From a virus, in the IMG/VR virus record IMGVR_UViG_3300012080_000002: a stretch of DNA of 45,761 nucleotides; one strand, 5' to 3'. The notes below the pieces were generated by a model that was given only the letters and a program-made list of their open reading frames with translations, searched no databases and was not told the DNA's origin. A program made the translations under genes and the position numbers. Shown here in pieces: positions 24,002 through 34,149 of the stretch (positions are counted from its first letter, which is position 1; every line of letters starts with the position of its first letter).

Positions 24002-24773
24002 GAAAGTAACCATTACGCGGTTTCCAGATGCTGCAACAGTCAATTATAGTCGGGCTATCGAAAAGATGATTAATTCGCTTGGCATAGAAACGATAAAGCT
24101 ATTTGATAAGCACGTTGCACCTCAATTAACAACGAGGCAAGACGCTGATTATATAGAGGATGGCATTTTTGATGGCATTAAGAAGATGTTTGAAGCAGTG
24201 AAGAGTAAGGCAAGTGTGATATTCGCCACTATAAAAAGTGAGCGTGCCGCATCTTCATTCGTAAACAACATTAACCGTTTCAATCGGCACAATATCGAAC
24301 AGCAAATGAAGGTGAAGGGAATTACTCTAGTAGCCAATGAACCTTGGTTAAAGGATTTCTTACACTCGAAGGTCAATGACAATGTTGGTTATATCAAAAC
24401 AATCCATGAGGACTATTTCGACTGCATCGAGAACATCGTTAATGACGGTGTAAAGAGTGGAGTATCTATTAAACAGATGCGTGAGCAACTCATGGAAGAA
24501 GTTGATATTTCTAGAAACAAGGCGCAGTTCATTGCTGTTGACCAAGCAGGCTCTATATTAGGGCAAATGACTGCTCAACGTCACCAAAATATTGGGATTG
24601 AAAAGTTTGAATGGTATGATGCGGCAGATGAACGTGTTCGAGATTCACATAAAAGGCTTAGCGGAAAGGTATTTTCATATGATGACCCACCGACTGTAAA
24701 TGGTCGTGTAGTATTGCCTGGCGAGGATTATCGCTGTAGATGTGTCGCTATTCCTGTTTTTGAAGATGAATAG
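23985..24773 (+). CDS. head morphogenesis protein (SPP1 gp7 / Mu F-like)
   Basis: DERVRDSHKRLSGKVFSYDDPP...PGEDYRCRCVAIP. Confidence 0.85.
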   Translation: MVQMAKKVTITRFPDAATVNYSRAIEKMINSLGIETIKLFDKHVAPQLTTRQDADYIEDGIFDGIKKMFEAVKSKASVIFATIKSERAASSFVNNINRFNRHNIEQQMKVKGITLVANEPWLKDFLHSKVNDNVGYIKTIHEDYFDCIENIVNDGVKSGVSIKQMREQLMEEVDISRNKAQFIAVDQAGSILGQMTAQRHQNIGIEKFEWYDAADERVRDSHKRLSGKVFSYDDPPTVNGRVVLPGEDYRCRCVAIPVFEDE

Positions 24774-24846
24774 TAGGAATAATCTTATATTTTCTTTCTT
24801 GATAAATCTAGTATAATTAACAATAAAAAGAAAGAGGTTAATTATT

Positions 24847-25236
24847 ATGATAGTTTCTGAGTCAAAATATCTTTGGAATTACAAGTTTAACGAAAATCAA
24901 AGAACTATTTTTTCTATTATTGCTACGGTCTTTAAACATAATAATTGGGAGAGTATAAGTCACTACAGCGATTTAACAGAATTATCCCTAAGAAATATAA
25001 AAAAATACAACCCTAAAGCAACTAGAAAATCTATGGCTGGATGGATTAGCCATCTAAATAAAAAAGGATTAACTATTTCTGTTCCCTCATATACAATAAC
25101 GCCTGGTAAAACAGAATATGATGGTGGTATCGCTATTACAGATCAAGGATTAGATTTTATTAAAAATAATTTTGACTTAATTGAAAAGTTCATTTCTAAA
25201 AAAGGTATTGATCTCTATGATTATTTAAAAAAATAG
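24847..25236 (+). CDS. AT-rich hypothetical protein (moron inside the head module)
   Basis: AAGAGG RBS. It has its own terminator and visibly different composition from its neighbours. Confidence 0.6.
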   Translation: MIVSESKYLWNYKFNENQRTIFSIIATVFKHNNWESISHYSDLTELSLRNIKKYNPKATRKSMAGWISHLNKKGLTISVPSYTITPGKTEYDGGIAITDQGLDFIKNNFDLIEKFISKKGIDLYDYLKK

Positions 25237-25242
25237 AATTTG

Positions 25243-25280
25243 AAATACGTTTACTTTTAAAGTGAACGTATTTATTATTT
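25243..25280 (+). terminator. intrinsic terminator
   Basis: AAATACGTTTACT-tttaa-AGTGAACGTATTT followed by ATTATTT. Confidence 0.6.
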
Positions 25281-25310
25281 AAAAAAGTGCGTTTAGAGGG
25301 AGGTGAAATA

Positions 25311-26387
25311 TTGAAACTACAACGCTACGACACATCTTATATAAAAGACTACAGAGAAACACCAGAAGGCTATCTAACGGTTAATGTACCGATTACTCGC
25401 CCTGGTGTTTTTCCTTATCAACGGCAAGATGGAACGGTGCAAATGGAGGCAAAGCTACCCGAAGAAATCTTTAGTGACCGTACCATTTATTCTGCACGTT
25501 CTAAGCCTGTTACTGACGGTCATCCTAATGAGCCAGTAACAATTGATAATTATCAAACCTACGCGAAAGGTATGAGTCATACAGATTCACGTGTAGAGGA
25601 CTTCAAACTTTATATTTCACTGACAGTAACGGATAAAGCACTCATTGAAAAAATTCATGAGGGATACAACGAAATCAGCATTGGCTTCTTATCAGATGTA
25701 GTTGCTGAAAGTGGAACATATAATGGCGATCAGTATGAGTACGCACAGCGTAATGTCGAAATAAATCACATTGCAATCGTAGAAAAAGGCCGGGCAGGTC
25801 CAGAAGTTGCTATTCGTGCTGATTCAGACGCTTGGCAAATTGATGAAAAGGGAGGAAACACCAAAATGGTAAAAATCAAAATTGAGGGTACAGAATACGA
25901 GGTAGACCCAGCGGTAAAAGCACATATCGATGCTTTGAAAGCTCAAAAAGAAACAGCGAAGGTCAAAGGTGATAGCGCTGATGCATTGCAGGGGCGACTT
26001 GATGCTTTAGATTTAACAATCCAAGCAAAGGACCAAGAAATTGCTAGTCTAAAGGAAAAAGTGCTTTCTGCTGATGAATTAGATAAGCAGGTAGAAGTTC
26101 GTGTGAAGCTAATTGATGCATCTAAACCGCTGTTAGGCGATTCATTCGACTTCACTGGTAAATCAGATCGAGAAATTAAAGAGGCGGTTATCTCTACAAC
26201 TAAACAGGATTTTAAAGGCGATGGTAAATCTGACGATTATATCAACGCCTTTTTTGATGCAACAGTTGAGCAAGTGCAGTCTAACGGCTTCTCAAGCACA
26301 GGGGCAAATAGTGCTTACACAGGTGATGCTGGTGGAAACAAAGATTTAGATGAATTGAAAAATCAACGCTTAAACATGCGTAAATAA
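25311..26387 (+). CDS. DUF2213-like prohead scaffold/protease protein
   Basis: The N-terminus is YRETPEGYLTVNVPITRPGVFPY...VTDGHP. The C-terminal half is coiled-coil. TTG at 25311 follows GAGGGAGGTG. Confidence 0.6.
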   Translation: MKLQRYDTSYIKDYRETPEGYLTVNVPITRPGVFPYQRQDGTVQMEAKLPEEIFSDRTIYSARSKPVTDGHPNEPVTIDNYQTYAKGMSHTDSRVEDFKLYISLTVTDKALIEKIHEGYNEISIGFLSDVVAESGTYNGDQYEYAQRNVEINHIAIVEKGRAGPEVAIRADSDAWQIDEKGGNTKMVKIKIEGTEYEVDPAVKAHIDALKAQKETAKVKGDSADALQGRLDALDLTIQAKDQEIASLKEKVLSADELDKQVEVRVKLIDASKPLLGDSFDFTGKSDREIKEAVISTTKQDFKGDGKSDDYINAFFDATVEQVQSNGFSSTGANSAYTGDAGGNKDLDELKNQRLNMRK

Positions 26388-26399
26388 GGGGGAATTCAA

Positions 26400-26852
26400 A
26401 TGCCTATTACAAACTATCCAGATTACATGCAACCAGCGGGCAAAGCTGGTCAATTATCAAGCTACCAAGACTATACAGCGGACACATATGCAGTAGAAGG
26501 AAAGGTTCCTTTTGGTGCAGCAGTACAACTAAATGGATCAGGAACAGCGATTAAGCCAATCTCAACAGGCGGCACAGTTATCGGTATTGCTCTAGCTCAA
26601 AGCATTCATGATTATGTTGAGAAAAAGGATGACCAGAATTATCCTGTTGGTGAACCTGCGGCAATCGTTAAACGAGGTCGTATCTTCGTAGTTGCCGGAG
26701 GAGATGTGATTAACGGCCAAGCTGTCAAAGTAGATCCTGCGACACAAAAGTTTGTTGCATCCGGTGCTTCGGTAATAGATGTATCAAGTGCTGTTTTCAA
26801 AAGTAATGCTACACCAGACCAATTAGTAGAAATCGAAATTAACTTACCTTAA
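26400..26852 (+). CDS. DUF2190-like putative head decoration protein
   Basis: Called from position between scaffold and capsid genes, and from its size. Confidence 0.45.
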   Translation: MPITNYPDYMQPAGKAGQLSSYQDYTADTYAVEGKVPFGAAVQLNGSGTAIKPISTGGTVIGIALAQSIHDYVEKKDDQNYPVGEPAAIVKRGRIFVVAGGDVINGQAVKVDPATQKFVASGASVIDVSSAVFKSNATPDQLVEIEINLP

Positions 26853-26866
26853 GGAGGTACTTTTAT

Positions 26867-27748
26867 ATGTCATTAATCCGTCCACAAGACTTAAACGCTA
26901 TTGATAAACGTATTTATGAACCACACGCCTCGGAATTAAAAGCGCGTTCTATTTTTGCATTAAAAACCGATATTCCGGCAGGGGCGAAAACATATAGTTA
27001 TGACGTTATGACACGCTCTGGCGCAGCTAAAATCTTAGCTCCTGGTGCAACTGATGTGCCTTTAGTAGATGCAGATTTAACAGAAGAAACAGTTAAAATT
27101 TATTCGATCGCTGCAGCATTCAATATTTCCGTACAGGAAGTACGTGAGTCTCAAATGGCAAACCGCCCTATTGATGTCACTAAAGCTGATACAGTACGTA
27201 AAGCTATTGCTGAAAAGGAAAATCAAGTTGCCTTTTCTGGTGATAAAACTCACGGCATAAAAGGATTAACGGATGCAGTAGGTATTCAAATTTACGCAAC
27301 ACCAAACAACGAGGCTGGATCTTCAACGAAATGGAAGGATAAGACTGGTAAAGAAATCGTTGCGGATATTCGTAAGGCAAAAAATATGATTAATAAATTA
27401 AATGGTCATGAAGCTGATACGTTACTATTAACGCCAGATTCAAACGAAGAACTTGAGAAAACATTTAATGAATTTACTCAGCAAACTGTGTTGGAATACA
27501 TTAAATCTCAAAACTGGTTTAAACGCATCGAAACAGTAAATGATCTAGCTAAAAAAGGTTTGGCAAATTCAGAATGCTTTGTTGTGCTGGATTCTTCACC
27601 ATCTGTATTAGAGCTAGGTATCCCTATGGATGTTACACGCCATCCACAAGAGTACGCTTTCCCAAATACAAAAGTGCCATTTGAAGAGCGTACAACAGGT
27701 TTAATTATCCGTTATCCAATGGCTATTTGCCGTGCGGACGGAATTTAA
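26867..27748 (+). CDS. major capsid protein
   Basis: 293 aa with a strong AAGGAGG RBS. Position is in the head module. Confidence 0.7.
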   Translation: MSLIRPQDLNAIDKRIYEPHASELKARSIFALKTDIPAGAKTYSYDVMTRSGAAKILAPGATDVPLVDADLTEETVKIYSIAAAFNISVQEVRESQMANRPIDVTKADTVRKAIAEKENQVAFSGDKTHGIKGLTDAVGIQIYATPNNEAGSSTKWKDKTGKEIVADIRKAKNMINKLNGHEADTLLLTPDSNEELEKTFNEFTQQTVLEYIKSQNWFKRIETVNDLAKKGLANSECFVVLDSSPSVLELGIPMDVTRHPQEYAFPNTKVPFEERTTGLIIRYPMAICRADGI

Positions 27749-27760
27749 GGGGGGCTATTC

Positions 27761-28072
27761 ATGTTAGTACAAAACAAAGGTAATCATTCATATACAGCCA
27801 ACGGGTTAACCCTTAACCCTGGTACAAATAAAGTAGATGAGAAGGACTTCGACCATTTCCTTACTCATCCACTGATGAAGTACCTTAATGAAAAAGGTGA
27901 ATTTGCCTATGAAGGTGAAAAAGCAAAGCCGTCTGCGAAGGATGCAATTGCAATGATTGAAGATGCGTTTGATGTTGATATGCTAGAAGGTTTGAAAGCA
28001 GAAGAAAATCGCAAATCTGTATTGGATGCCATTGATAAACGAATCGAAGAGTTAACAAATCCCGAAAAATAG
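27761..28072 (+). CDS. hypothetical head-associated protein
   Basis: ORF with GGGGGG/AAGG RBS context. Confidence 0.5.
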   Translation: MLVQNKGNHSYTANGLTLNPGTNKVDEKDFDHFLTHPLMKYLNEKGEFAYEGEKAKPSAKDAIAMIEDAFDVDMLEGLKAEENRKSVLDAIDKRIEELTNPEK

Positions 28073-28083
28073 GAGGGATATAC

Positions 28084-28443
28084 ATGTTATTAACGTCATT
28101 AGAGCGTATTCGAATGTTAAGTGATGAATTTACTTCAATCGCTGATGAACGGCTTACTATGTACATTGAGGATGCTTCACTTGAAGTGTCCTCTTTAAAT
28201 GTTCCTGAATTATACCAAGAGCGATTAACGCGGTATTTAGCTGCCCATTTAGCTATTTTAAGCATTACTAAAGGCCAAACGGTTATTCGTGAAAAGGTGG
28301 ATGTTATCGAACGTCAATACAGTGATCCAAGTAAAAACATCGGACTATTAGCTTCAAAATACGGCCAAGAATACCAACGTATTTTAGAAGAGCTAGAAGA
28401 ACAAATAAAACCAAAAAAGTCTATTAATTTGGTGGTGTTGTAA
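28084..28443 (+). CDS. head-tail connector (gp6/DUF4054-like)
   Basis: Called from position and from the N-terminal LTSLERIRMLSDEF...ERLTMYIEDA. Confidence 0.5.
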   Translation: MLLTSLERIRMLSDEFTSIADERLTMYIEDASLEVSSLNVPELYQERLTRYLAAHLAILSITKGQTVIREKVDVIERQYSDPSKNIGLLASKYGQEYQRILEELEEQIKPKKSINLVVL

Positions 28444-28907
28444 TGTCTAACGTTCGAATTAGGGGAACAAATCGAATACCACAGCTTATTAGCGCATTAC
28501 GCGAACTAAGTGAATACGGAATTGAAGTAGGTCTTGTTGGTAGTGATGATTCTGAATACATCATGATTGCCAGTGTACACGAATTTGGCATTACAATTCG
28601 TAAAAAGAAAGGCTCAATTAATATTCCTGAACGTTCCTTTTTACGGTCAACGTTTGATGAGAAAAGTGGTAAATGGTTTGATTTCGTTAATAAGCAAATT
28701 CCGAAGCTGTTAAACGGTAGCATGAATGCTCGCACTATTTGCGAAAGACTTGGCGCTAAGATGGTTGGTGATGTTCAGAAGAAATTAACTGAATTAAGTG
28801 ATCCGGCAAATGCTCCGTCTACGATTGCACAAAAAAGTTCAAGTAATCCTTTGATTGACACAGGTGGATTAAGAGCCCGCATTACTTATAAGGTGGTGAG
28901 AAAATAA
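28443..28907 (+). CDS. head-tail joining protein
   Basis: Position; translationally coupled. Confidence 0.45.
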   Translation: MSNVRIRGTNRIPQLISALRELSEYGIEVGLVGSDDSEYIMIASVHEFGITIRKKKGSINIPERSFLRSTFDEKSGKWFDFVNKQIPKLLNGSMNARTICERLGAKMVGDVQKKLTELSDPANAPSTIAQKSSSNPLIDTGGLRARITYKVVRK

Positions 28908-29248
28908 TGCCTGAAAAAATGCTGTTTAGCTCGGTTATCGAGTCTCAAGGTGTACCATTTATTGCTCATATTACAGGTGAAAGTGGCTATGAAGATGGGG
29001 AATGGGTTGAGGGAAAAGAAGAACCAAAAGGTATGACAGGTATTATTCTCCCGCTAAGTAATGACGACTTAAAATATCTTGAAAACGGTAAGTACACCGA
29101 GAAAGAAAAGAAATTGTTAACAGTGGACCAGATACCTGAAGGAACCAAGGTAGAATACAAGGGCCAACTATTTACTGTTCAAGCATTCAAGGATTACTCA
29201 GATTACACTGACGTTAACATCTACTTGATGAGGTGGCGAGCTAAATGA
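28907..29248 (+). CDS. hypothetical structural protein
   Basis: Position; translationally coupled. Confidence 0.45.
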   Translation: MPEKMLFSSVIESQGVPFIAHITGESGYEDGEWVEGKEEPKGMTGIILPLSNDDLKYLENGKYTEKEKKLLTVDQIPEGTKVEYKGQLFTVQAFKDYSDYTDVNIYLMRWRAK

Positions 29249-29727
29249 ATTTAGTTAAATCAATTCGAAAACAACTCGCAACTGATACGGCTATTACGAT
29301 TATTAGGGCAGACCAACTAGGTGATGTTCCTAAGTTACCTTACGCTACATATAAGGTGATAAGCGACCGTAAAGGTGTAGGGCAAGAAGATGTTTCGCAT
29401 GTTGACAACGTTGCTGCATTAGTCGAAACGCGAAAGCAGGAACGAAATACAACCTTATCAATTAATATTTATGGAACTTCGCATGATAACGCCTATGAAG
29501 TAGCTACACAGCTTCGTAAGTGGTTTGAGTGGCGAGGTTCTTTGTTTTTAGATGAGATAAATGTTGCTGTAATCAATCTTACTGATGTAACCAACCGTAC
29601 AACGTTTTTGTTAGAATCCTATGATGAAAAATGGGGCTTTGATGCAATTATTCGATACCAAGAAATTGATGAACACGAAATAGACTACTTCGACAAAGTG
29701 GAAGTAGAAATGAAATTAGGAAGGTGA
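29245..29727 (+). CDS. tail completion / terminator-like protein
   Basis: Lies immediately before the sheath-like gene. Confidence 0.4.
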   Translation: MNLVKSIRKQLATDTAITIIRADQLGDVPKLPYATYKVISDRKGVGQEDVSHVDNVAALVETRKQERNTTLSINIYGTSHDNAYEVATQLRKWFEWRGSLFLDEINVAVINLTDVTNRTTFLLESYDEKWGFDAIIRYQEIDEHEIDYFDKVEVEMKLGR

Positions 29728-29731
29728 TTAA

Positions 29732-30754
29732 ATGCGCTATGTTGACGTGCAAATTTCAAGGGAAACAAAGCCGATTTCAGAAAAGGGCTTTGGATTACCT
29801 TTGTTACTAGCAACAAGTAAGGAACTAGATTACAAGGAATATACCGGCATCGAGGATGTAGCTGCTGATTTTAACGTAAGCACCAAAGAATATAAAATAC
29901 TTTCTCGAATGTTTGGACAGTCTCTAAGACCTGCTCAAATAGCTGTGTACGGAATTGTTTATAATTCAGCGTCTGATGATGTGGCAACGCTTGCTACAAA
30001 GCTAAATGAATTAATTAAAACGCATAACGATTTTTATTATGTTGTCAGTCCTGAACAAGGTGATAAGGAAATTACAGCACTTGCAGAATGGACTAATACG
30101 CAGGATAAACTTTATGGAGTCACGACTGATAGTGTCGAACTAGCAGAAACACTAAAAGATCAGTACGATAACACATTTATCCTTGTGCACGATCAACCAG
30201 ATACGTATGTAGCAGAAGGTTTAATTGGAGCTTGCGCGCCAAAGAAAATCGGTGCTTATACATGGACTTTCAAAAATGTTCAAGGGGTGCCTGCAGTAAA
30301 GTACGACAACACAACGATTAATCGTATTCATGATGCAAATGCATCGACTTATATCAACGAGGCAGGCCTGTTATTAAACTCTAAAGGGGTTGCAACTAGC
30401 GGGGAATACATTGATGTAATTCAATCAACACATTATCTAAAAGCTCGTTTGGCTGAAAGTGTATTCCGGTTGCTTGCGTTAAGAGATAAAGTGCCTGGTA
30501 CTGATACTGGTATCGGTTTGGTTGTTGCTGAGGTGGAAGGTGTGTTGGCTTCTGTAGTAGAAAATACAACAACTGGTGAAGGTATTATTGCTCGTGACGA
30601 TGCAGGCAATCCAATGTACACAATAACCTTCCCAAGAAGAAAAGATATCCCTAAAAATACACTAGCTCAACGTATTTTGCCGGATATTCAATGGACTGCA
30701 ACTATTGCAGGAGCATTCGAAAAAGTCCAGATTCGTGGCGTACTAACGGTTTAA
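29732..30754 (+). CDS. tail sheath-like major tail protein (DUF3383-type)
   Basis: 340 aa, upstream of the tube, chaperone and tape-measure genes, in a phage that has baseplate J and gp25-like genes. Confidence 0.55.
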   Translation: MRYVDVQISRETKPISEKGFGLPLLLATSKELDYKEYTGIEDVAADFNVSTKEYKILSRMFGQSLRPAQIAVYGIVYNSASDDVATLATKLNELIKTHNDFYYVVSPEQGDKEITALAEWTNTQDKLYGVTTDSVELAETLKDQYDNTFILVHDQPDTYVAEGLIGACAPKKIGAYTWTFKNVQGVPAVKYDNTTINRIHDANASTYINEAGLLLNSKGVATSGEYIDVIQSTHYLKARLAESVFRLLALRDKVPGTDTGIGLVVAEVEGVLASVVENTTTGEGIIARDDAGNPMYTITFPRRKDIPKNTLAQRILPDIQWTATIAGAFEKVQIRGVLTV

Positions 30755-30766
30755 GGAGGGGTTTAA

Positions 30767-31159
30767 ATGGCTGAAACTTTTAATTTTAAAGACACAGTTG
30801 CGATTGTAGGCAGCATAATCCTCACTGGATTTATGGATGGTACTCCTATCGAGGCTGAGAAAAATGAAGATACATTTAGTCAACATGTTGGAGCTGATGG
30901 ATCAGTTACTTATAACGAATCAGCAGACGAGACTGGAACATTTACATTTACATTGAAACAAGATTCAAGTGTTGTTCCTATGTTAGATGCTTTATTGAAA
31001 TCGAAGGAATCTTTTAATGTTTCTCTTAATGATTCCAAACGCAAGAAACGTGTAAATGGTTTGGATTGTCGTTTTGCGAAAAACCCAAACTTTTCACGCG
31101 GAGCTGAAATTGAAGCTGTTGAATATACAATCTTAGCAGCACAATACAAGGAGGATTAA
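30767..31159 (+). CDS. tail tube protein
   Basis: Position after the sheath-like gene. Confidence 0.5.
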   Translation: MAETFNFKDTVAIVGSIILTGFMDGTPIEAEKNEDTFSQHVGADGSVTYNESADETGTFTFTLKQDSSVVPMLDALLKSKESFNVSLNDSKRKKRVNGLDCRFAKNPNFSRGAEIEAVEYTILAAQYKED

Positions 31160-31164
31160 TTAAA

Positions 31165-31431
31165 ATGGCATTTACACCAAAAACAAAAGAGTTTACTTCG
31201 GAGGCTGGTAATCAATATACTTTCCAAAACGTACCGAATTCGAAGCAAGCTGAAATTACGGACAAAGGTACAGGTTTATACGGGAAGGTTCTAAATGCGA
31301 GCATGATGCCTCTAATGTTAGAAAATGTCGTAGTTGTACCAAATGGATTAACTATGGACGAATTTGAAACATGGGAAGAGTTAGAGGAGGTCACTAACGC
31401 AGCCTTTAGCTTTCTTCGAACAGGAAAGTAA
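31165..31431 (+). CDS. tail assembly chaperone
   Basis: Small acidic protein directly upstream of the tape-measure gene. Confidence 0.55.
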   Translation: MAFTPKTKEFTSEAGNQYTFQNVPNSKQAEITDKGTGLYGKVLNASMMPLMLENVVVVPNGLTMDEFETWEELEEVTNAAFSFLRTGK

Positions 31432-31618
31432 TAAACTCAAAAATCTTTCAGGGGTGCAAAGCATCCCTTCTTTTTATGAAAAAGAAGCCAGTAAAAACTG
31501 GTGGAAATACGTAATAGGTTTTCACTATAAAATTGATCCTCATACTGTTGAGCAATGGGATAACGACACAATTTTAGAAACACTCGCATCTTTAAAAATG
31601 CTAGGGGTGATTAAATGA
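31385..31618 (+). CDS. possible frameshift extension of the tail chaperone (+1 frame)
   Basis: An open frame with no plausible start overlaps the chaperone 3' end by about 15 codons. It ends in ATGA overlap with the tape-measure start. Confidence 0.35.
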   Translation, partial: RRSLTQPLAFFEQESNKLKNLSGVQSIPSFYEKEASKNWWKYVIGFHYKIDPHTVEQWDNDTILETLASLKMLGVIK

Positions 31619-33621
31619 GCAGTATGCGCGATATGTTTGTTGGCATCTATTTCAGGGATGAAGCCACAAGGGTATTACAAAACCTAGATAGACAAATGGA
31701 TGCGGTAGAAGATACCATTGCTGGAGTTGGTAGGCGGCTTGGTATTTCAGAAAGGAATATCAACCGCTTTGGGAACGTGGGCTTAAGCGCTACCAGGGAT
31801 GTAGAACAAGGATTTGAAGCTGCAGATGATGGGGCTAGGGAGTTCTATAACGGTGTCAACAAAGCAATCAATGGTATTCATGGCTTGAAAAAAACCATGA
31901 GAAATATGGTTGGTCTAGTGGCAGGTGTATTTGCTGTAGATAAAGTCAAAAATTTTGGTTTAAGTGCAATTGAAACTGCGGCCAACTTTAAAGCAATGGA
32001 TGCGCAATTTGAACAAGTATTTAAAGGTATGGAGAGTCAATCGGAAAATAGTTTAAACGCTATTGCTGAAAAAACAGGGATGCTGCCAGAAAGATTAAAA
32101 GGTAGTTTTACAAAAATAGCTGCTTTTGCGAAAACAACTGGAGTTGATACCGAATCAGCTTTAGGGTTAACTGAGCGAGCAACTATAGCAGCAGCAGATA
32201 GCGCAGCCTTCTATGATCGTTCTATTGAGGAAGTAGCAGAAAGCTTACAATCATTCTTAAAAGGTAACTATGAAAATGATGCAGCTCTAGGTATTTCAGC
32301 TACAGAATTTACTCGAAATACAGCTGCTATGACAAAGTTCGGGAAAAAGTTTAATGATTTAACTGAATATCAGAAGCAAGATACTTTAATGCAAATGGTG
32401 GAAGATGGAAACCTACTTACTGGTGCTTTACATCAAGCTGCAAATGAGGCTGATGCATATGAAAATCAGTTGGGTAACATGAAAATGGCATGGACTAAAT
32501 TTAAAGCTAAAATTGGCGGTCCGTTATTACAACCATTTGTAGATTCTATGATGTCAGCTTCACAATGGATGGAGAATCTTGATACTGACAAGTTAGTGAG
32601 TAAAATAGATCGAGTTGTTGGTTTTGTTGGAACAGTAAAAGAAACAATCATGTCTTTGGTGTATGATACTGGTGAAGTATCAGACTTATGGCAAAACTTT
32701 GGATTACCTAAAGAAACAAGTGATCAAATCGCTTCTTTTGCAGATACAATGAAAACTACATTTGTGGCAGGTATAGATGTTGCAGAAACAGCTTTTAATG
32801 GATTTAAGGCAGGTTTAGGTTGGGTTATTGATAATAAAGACATAGTAATTTCAGGATTAGCAGGAATAGCTGGTGGATTTGCAGCATTAAAGGCAATCAC
32901 ATTCGTAAAAGCGGCATTAGATTTATATAAAAATAGCACTATTGTTTCAACGTTCGCTACACAAGGTTTTAATGCGGCTTTAAGAGCAAATCCGATCGGC
33001 ATGGTAGTAACTGCTATTGGTTTACTCGTAGCTGGTGGTGTACTTTTATATCAAAATTGGGATACAGTAAAAGCTAAAGCAGGAGAACTCTGGAGTGCAA
33101 CGAAAGAAAAATTTGCAGGTATTAAAGAATCTGTATCAAACTTTGTTCAACCAGCAATAAATTGGTTTAAGAGTTTGGGGGCAAAGTGGGACAATTTTAA
33201 AAAATCTTTATCTAATTTTAAAATGCCAACATGGGTAACATCCATTGGAAAAGCTGCTGGAGCAGTGGGCAATTTCATTAGCGGTTCCCATGCTACAGGG
33301 CTTGAACGTGTGCCATATGATGGCTATGTCGCAGAATTGCATAAAGATGAGTCTGTATTAACGGCAAGCCAATCCAATACATTACGACGCGCAGGTATTT
33401 TAAGTCAAGGTAGTTCAGGCACACCAGAATTGAATCTAGACAATAATTCGGGTTCGTCATCATCGATACCTCAACCTTTAAGTGGTGGAAATAATACCAC
33501 TAATAATAGTGGCGGTAATCAATTTATCTTTCAAATCTCGGGTAATAATCCAATCGATATTGCTAAGGAAGTACGTGCAGCAATTAGCGATATTCTTGAT
33601 ACAGAAATGCAAACAATTTAG
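31615..33621 (+). CDS. tape measure protein
   Basis: 668 aa. The N-terminal half is helical, with hydrophobic segments in the middle. Confidence 0.85.
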   Translation: MSSMRDMFVGIYFRDEATRVLQNLDRQMDAVEDTIAGVGRRLGISERNINRFGNVGLSATRDVEQGFEAADDGAREFYNGVNKAINGIHGLKKTMRNMVGLVAGVFAVDKVKNFGLSAIETAANFKAMDAQFEQVFKGMESQSENSLNAIAEKTGMLPERLKGSFTKIAAFAKTTGVDTESALGLTERATIAAADSAAFYDRSIEEVAESLQSFLKGNYENDAALGISATEFTRNTAAMTKFGKKFNDLTEYQKQDTLMQMVEDGNLLTGALHQAANEADAYENQLGNMKMAWTKFKAKIGGPLLQPFVDSMMSASQWMENLDTDKLVSKIDRVVGFVGTVKETIMSLVYDTGEVSDLWQNFGLPKETSDQIASFADTMKTTFVAGIDVAETAFNGFKAGLGWVIDNKDIVISGLAGIAGGFAALKAITFVKAALDLYKNSTIVSTFATQGFNAALRANPIGMVVTAIGLLVAGGVLLYQNWDTVKAKAGELWSATKEKFAGIKESVSNFVQPAINWFKSLGAKWDNFKKSLSNFKMPTWVTSIGKAAGAVGNFISGSHATGLERVPYDGYVAELHKDESVLTASQSNTLRRAGILSQGSSGTPELNLDNNSGSSSSIPQPLSGGNNTTNNSGGNQFIFQISGNNPIDIAKEVRAAISDILDTEMQTI

Positions 33622-34149
33622 GTGGTGATAGGAGTGCCGTATATTAAAGATGTTTTAATCGATGTAATAACAAAGGTGTCAATGCCCGAGACGTCAACGA
33701 CAACGGACCATGCACTAGAGGATGGTGAACAGATTACAGATCATGTGATAAGCAATCCTATCACCATCTCTATTACTGGGGTAATTCTTGATGAAACCGA
33801 GGGAAAAGTGTTAAAACTACGTGAATACAGAGAAAAAGGTGAAATTATTGATTTTGATTATATGACATCTTTGAAACACGTTGTTATCACTGATTTCAGC
33901 CGCGATTATGAGGCGAAAATAAAAGATGGCTATGCTTTTACGATGACGCTTAAACAAATAAAGGTTGCAACAGTTGCGAAGTACGTTAGTGTTTCTGTTC
34001 CGGTTAAACAACAGACAAAAGCAGTTACCAAAAAAGGACGGCAACAAACAAAGAAAACTCAAACTTCATCAACTAAGACAACCAAACAGAAATACAATCC
34101 ACCAGCAAAAACTAAGGAAATCAGAAAAGGGGGCTCGATACCGATATGA
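33622..34149 (+). CDS. distal tail / baseplate hub protein (Dit-N-like)
   Basis: TDHALEDGEQITDHVISNPITISITGV motif. Basic K/T/Q-rich tail. The start may be the GTG at 33634. Confidence 0.45.
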   Translation: MVIGVPYIKDVLIDVITKVSMPETSTTTDHALEDGEQITDHVISNPITISITGVILDETEGKVLKLREYREKGEIIDFDYMTSLKHVVITDFSRDYEAKIKDGYAFTMTLKQIKVATVAKYVSVSVPVKQQTKAVTKKGRQQTKKTQTSSTKTTKQKYNPPAKTKEIRKGGSIPI

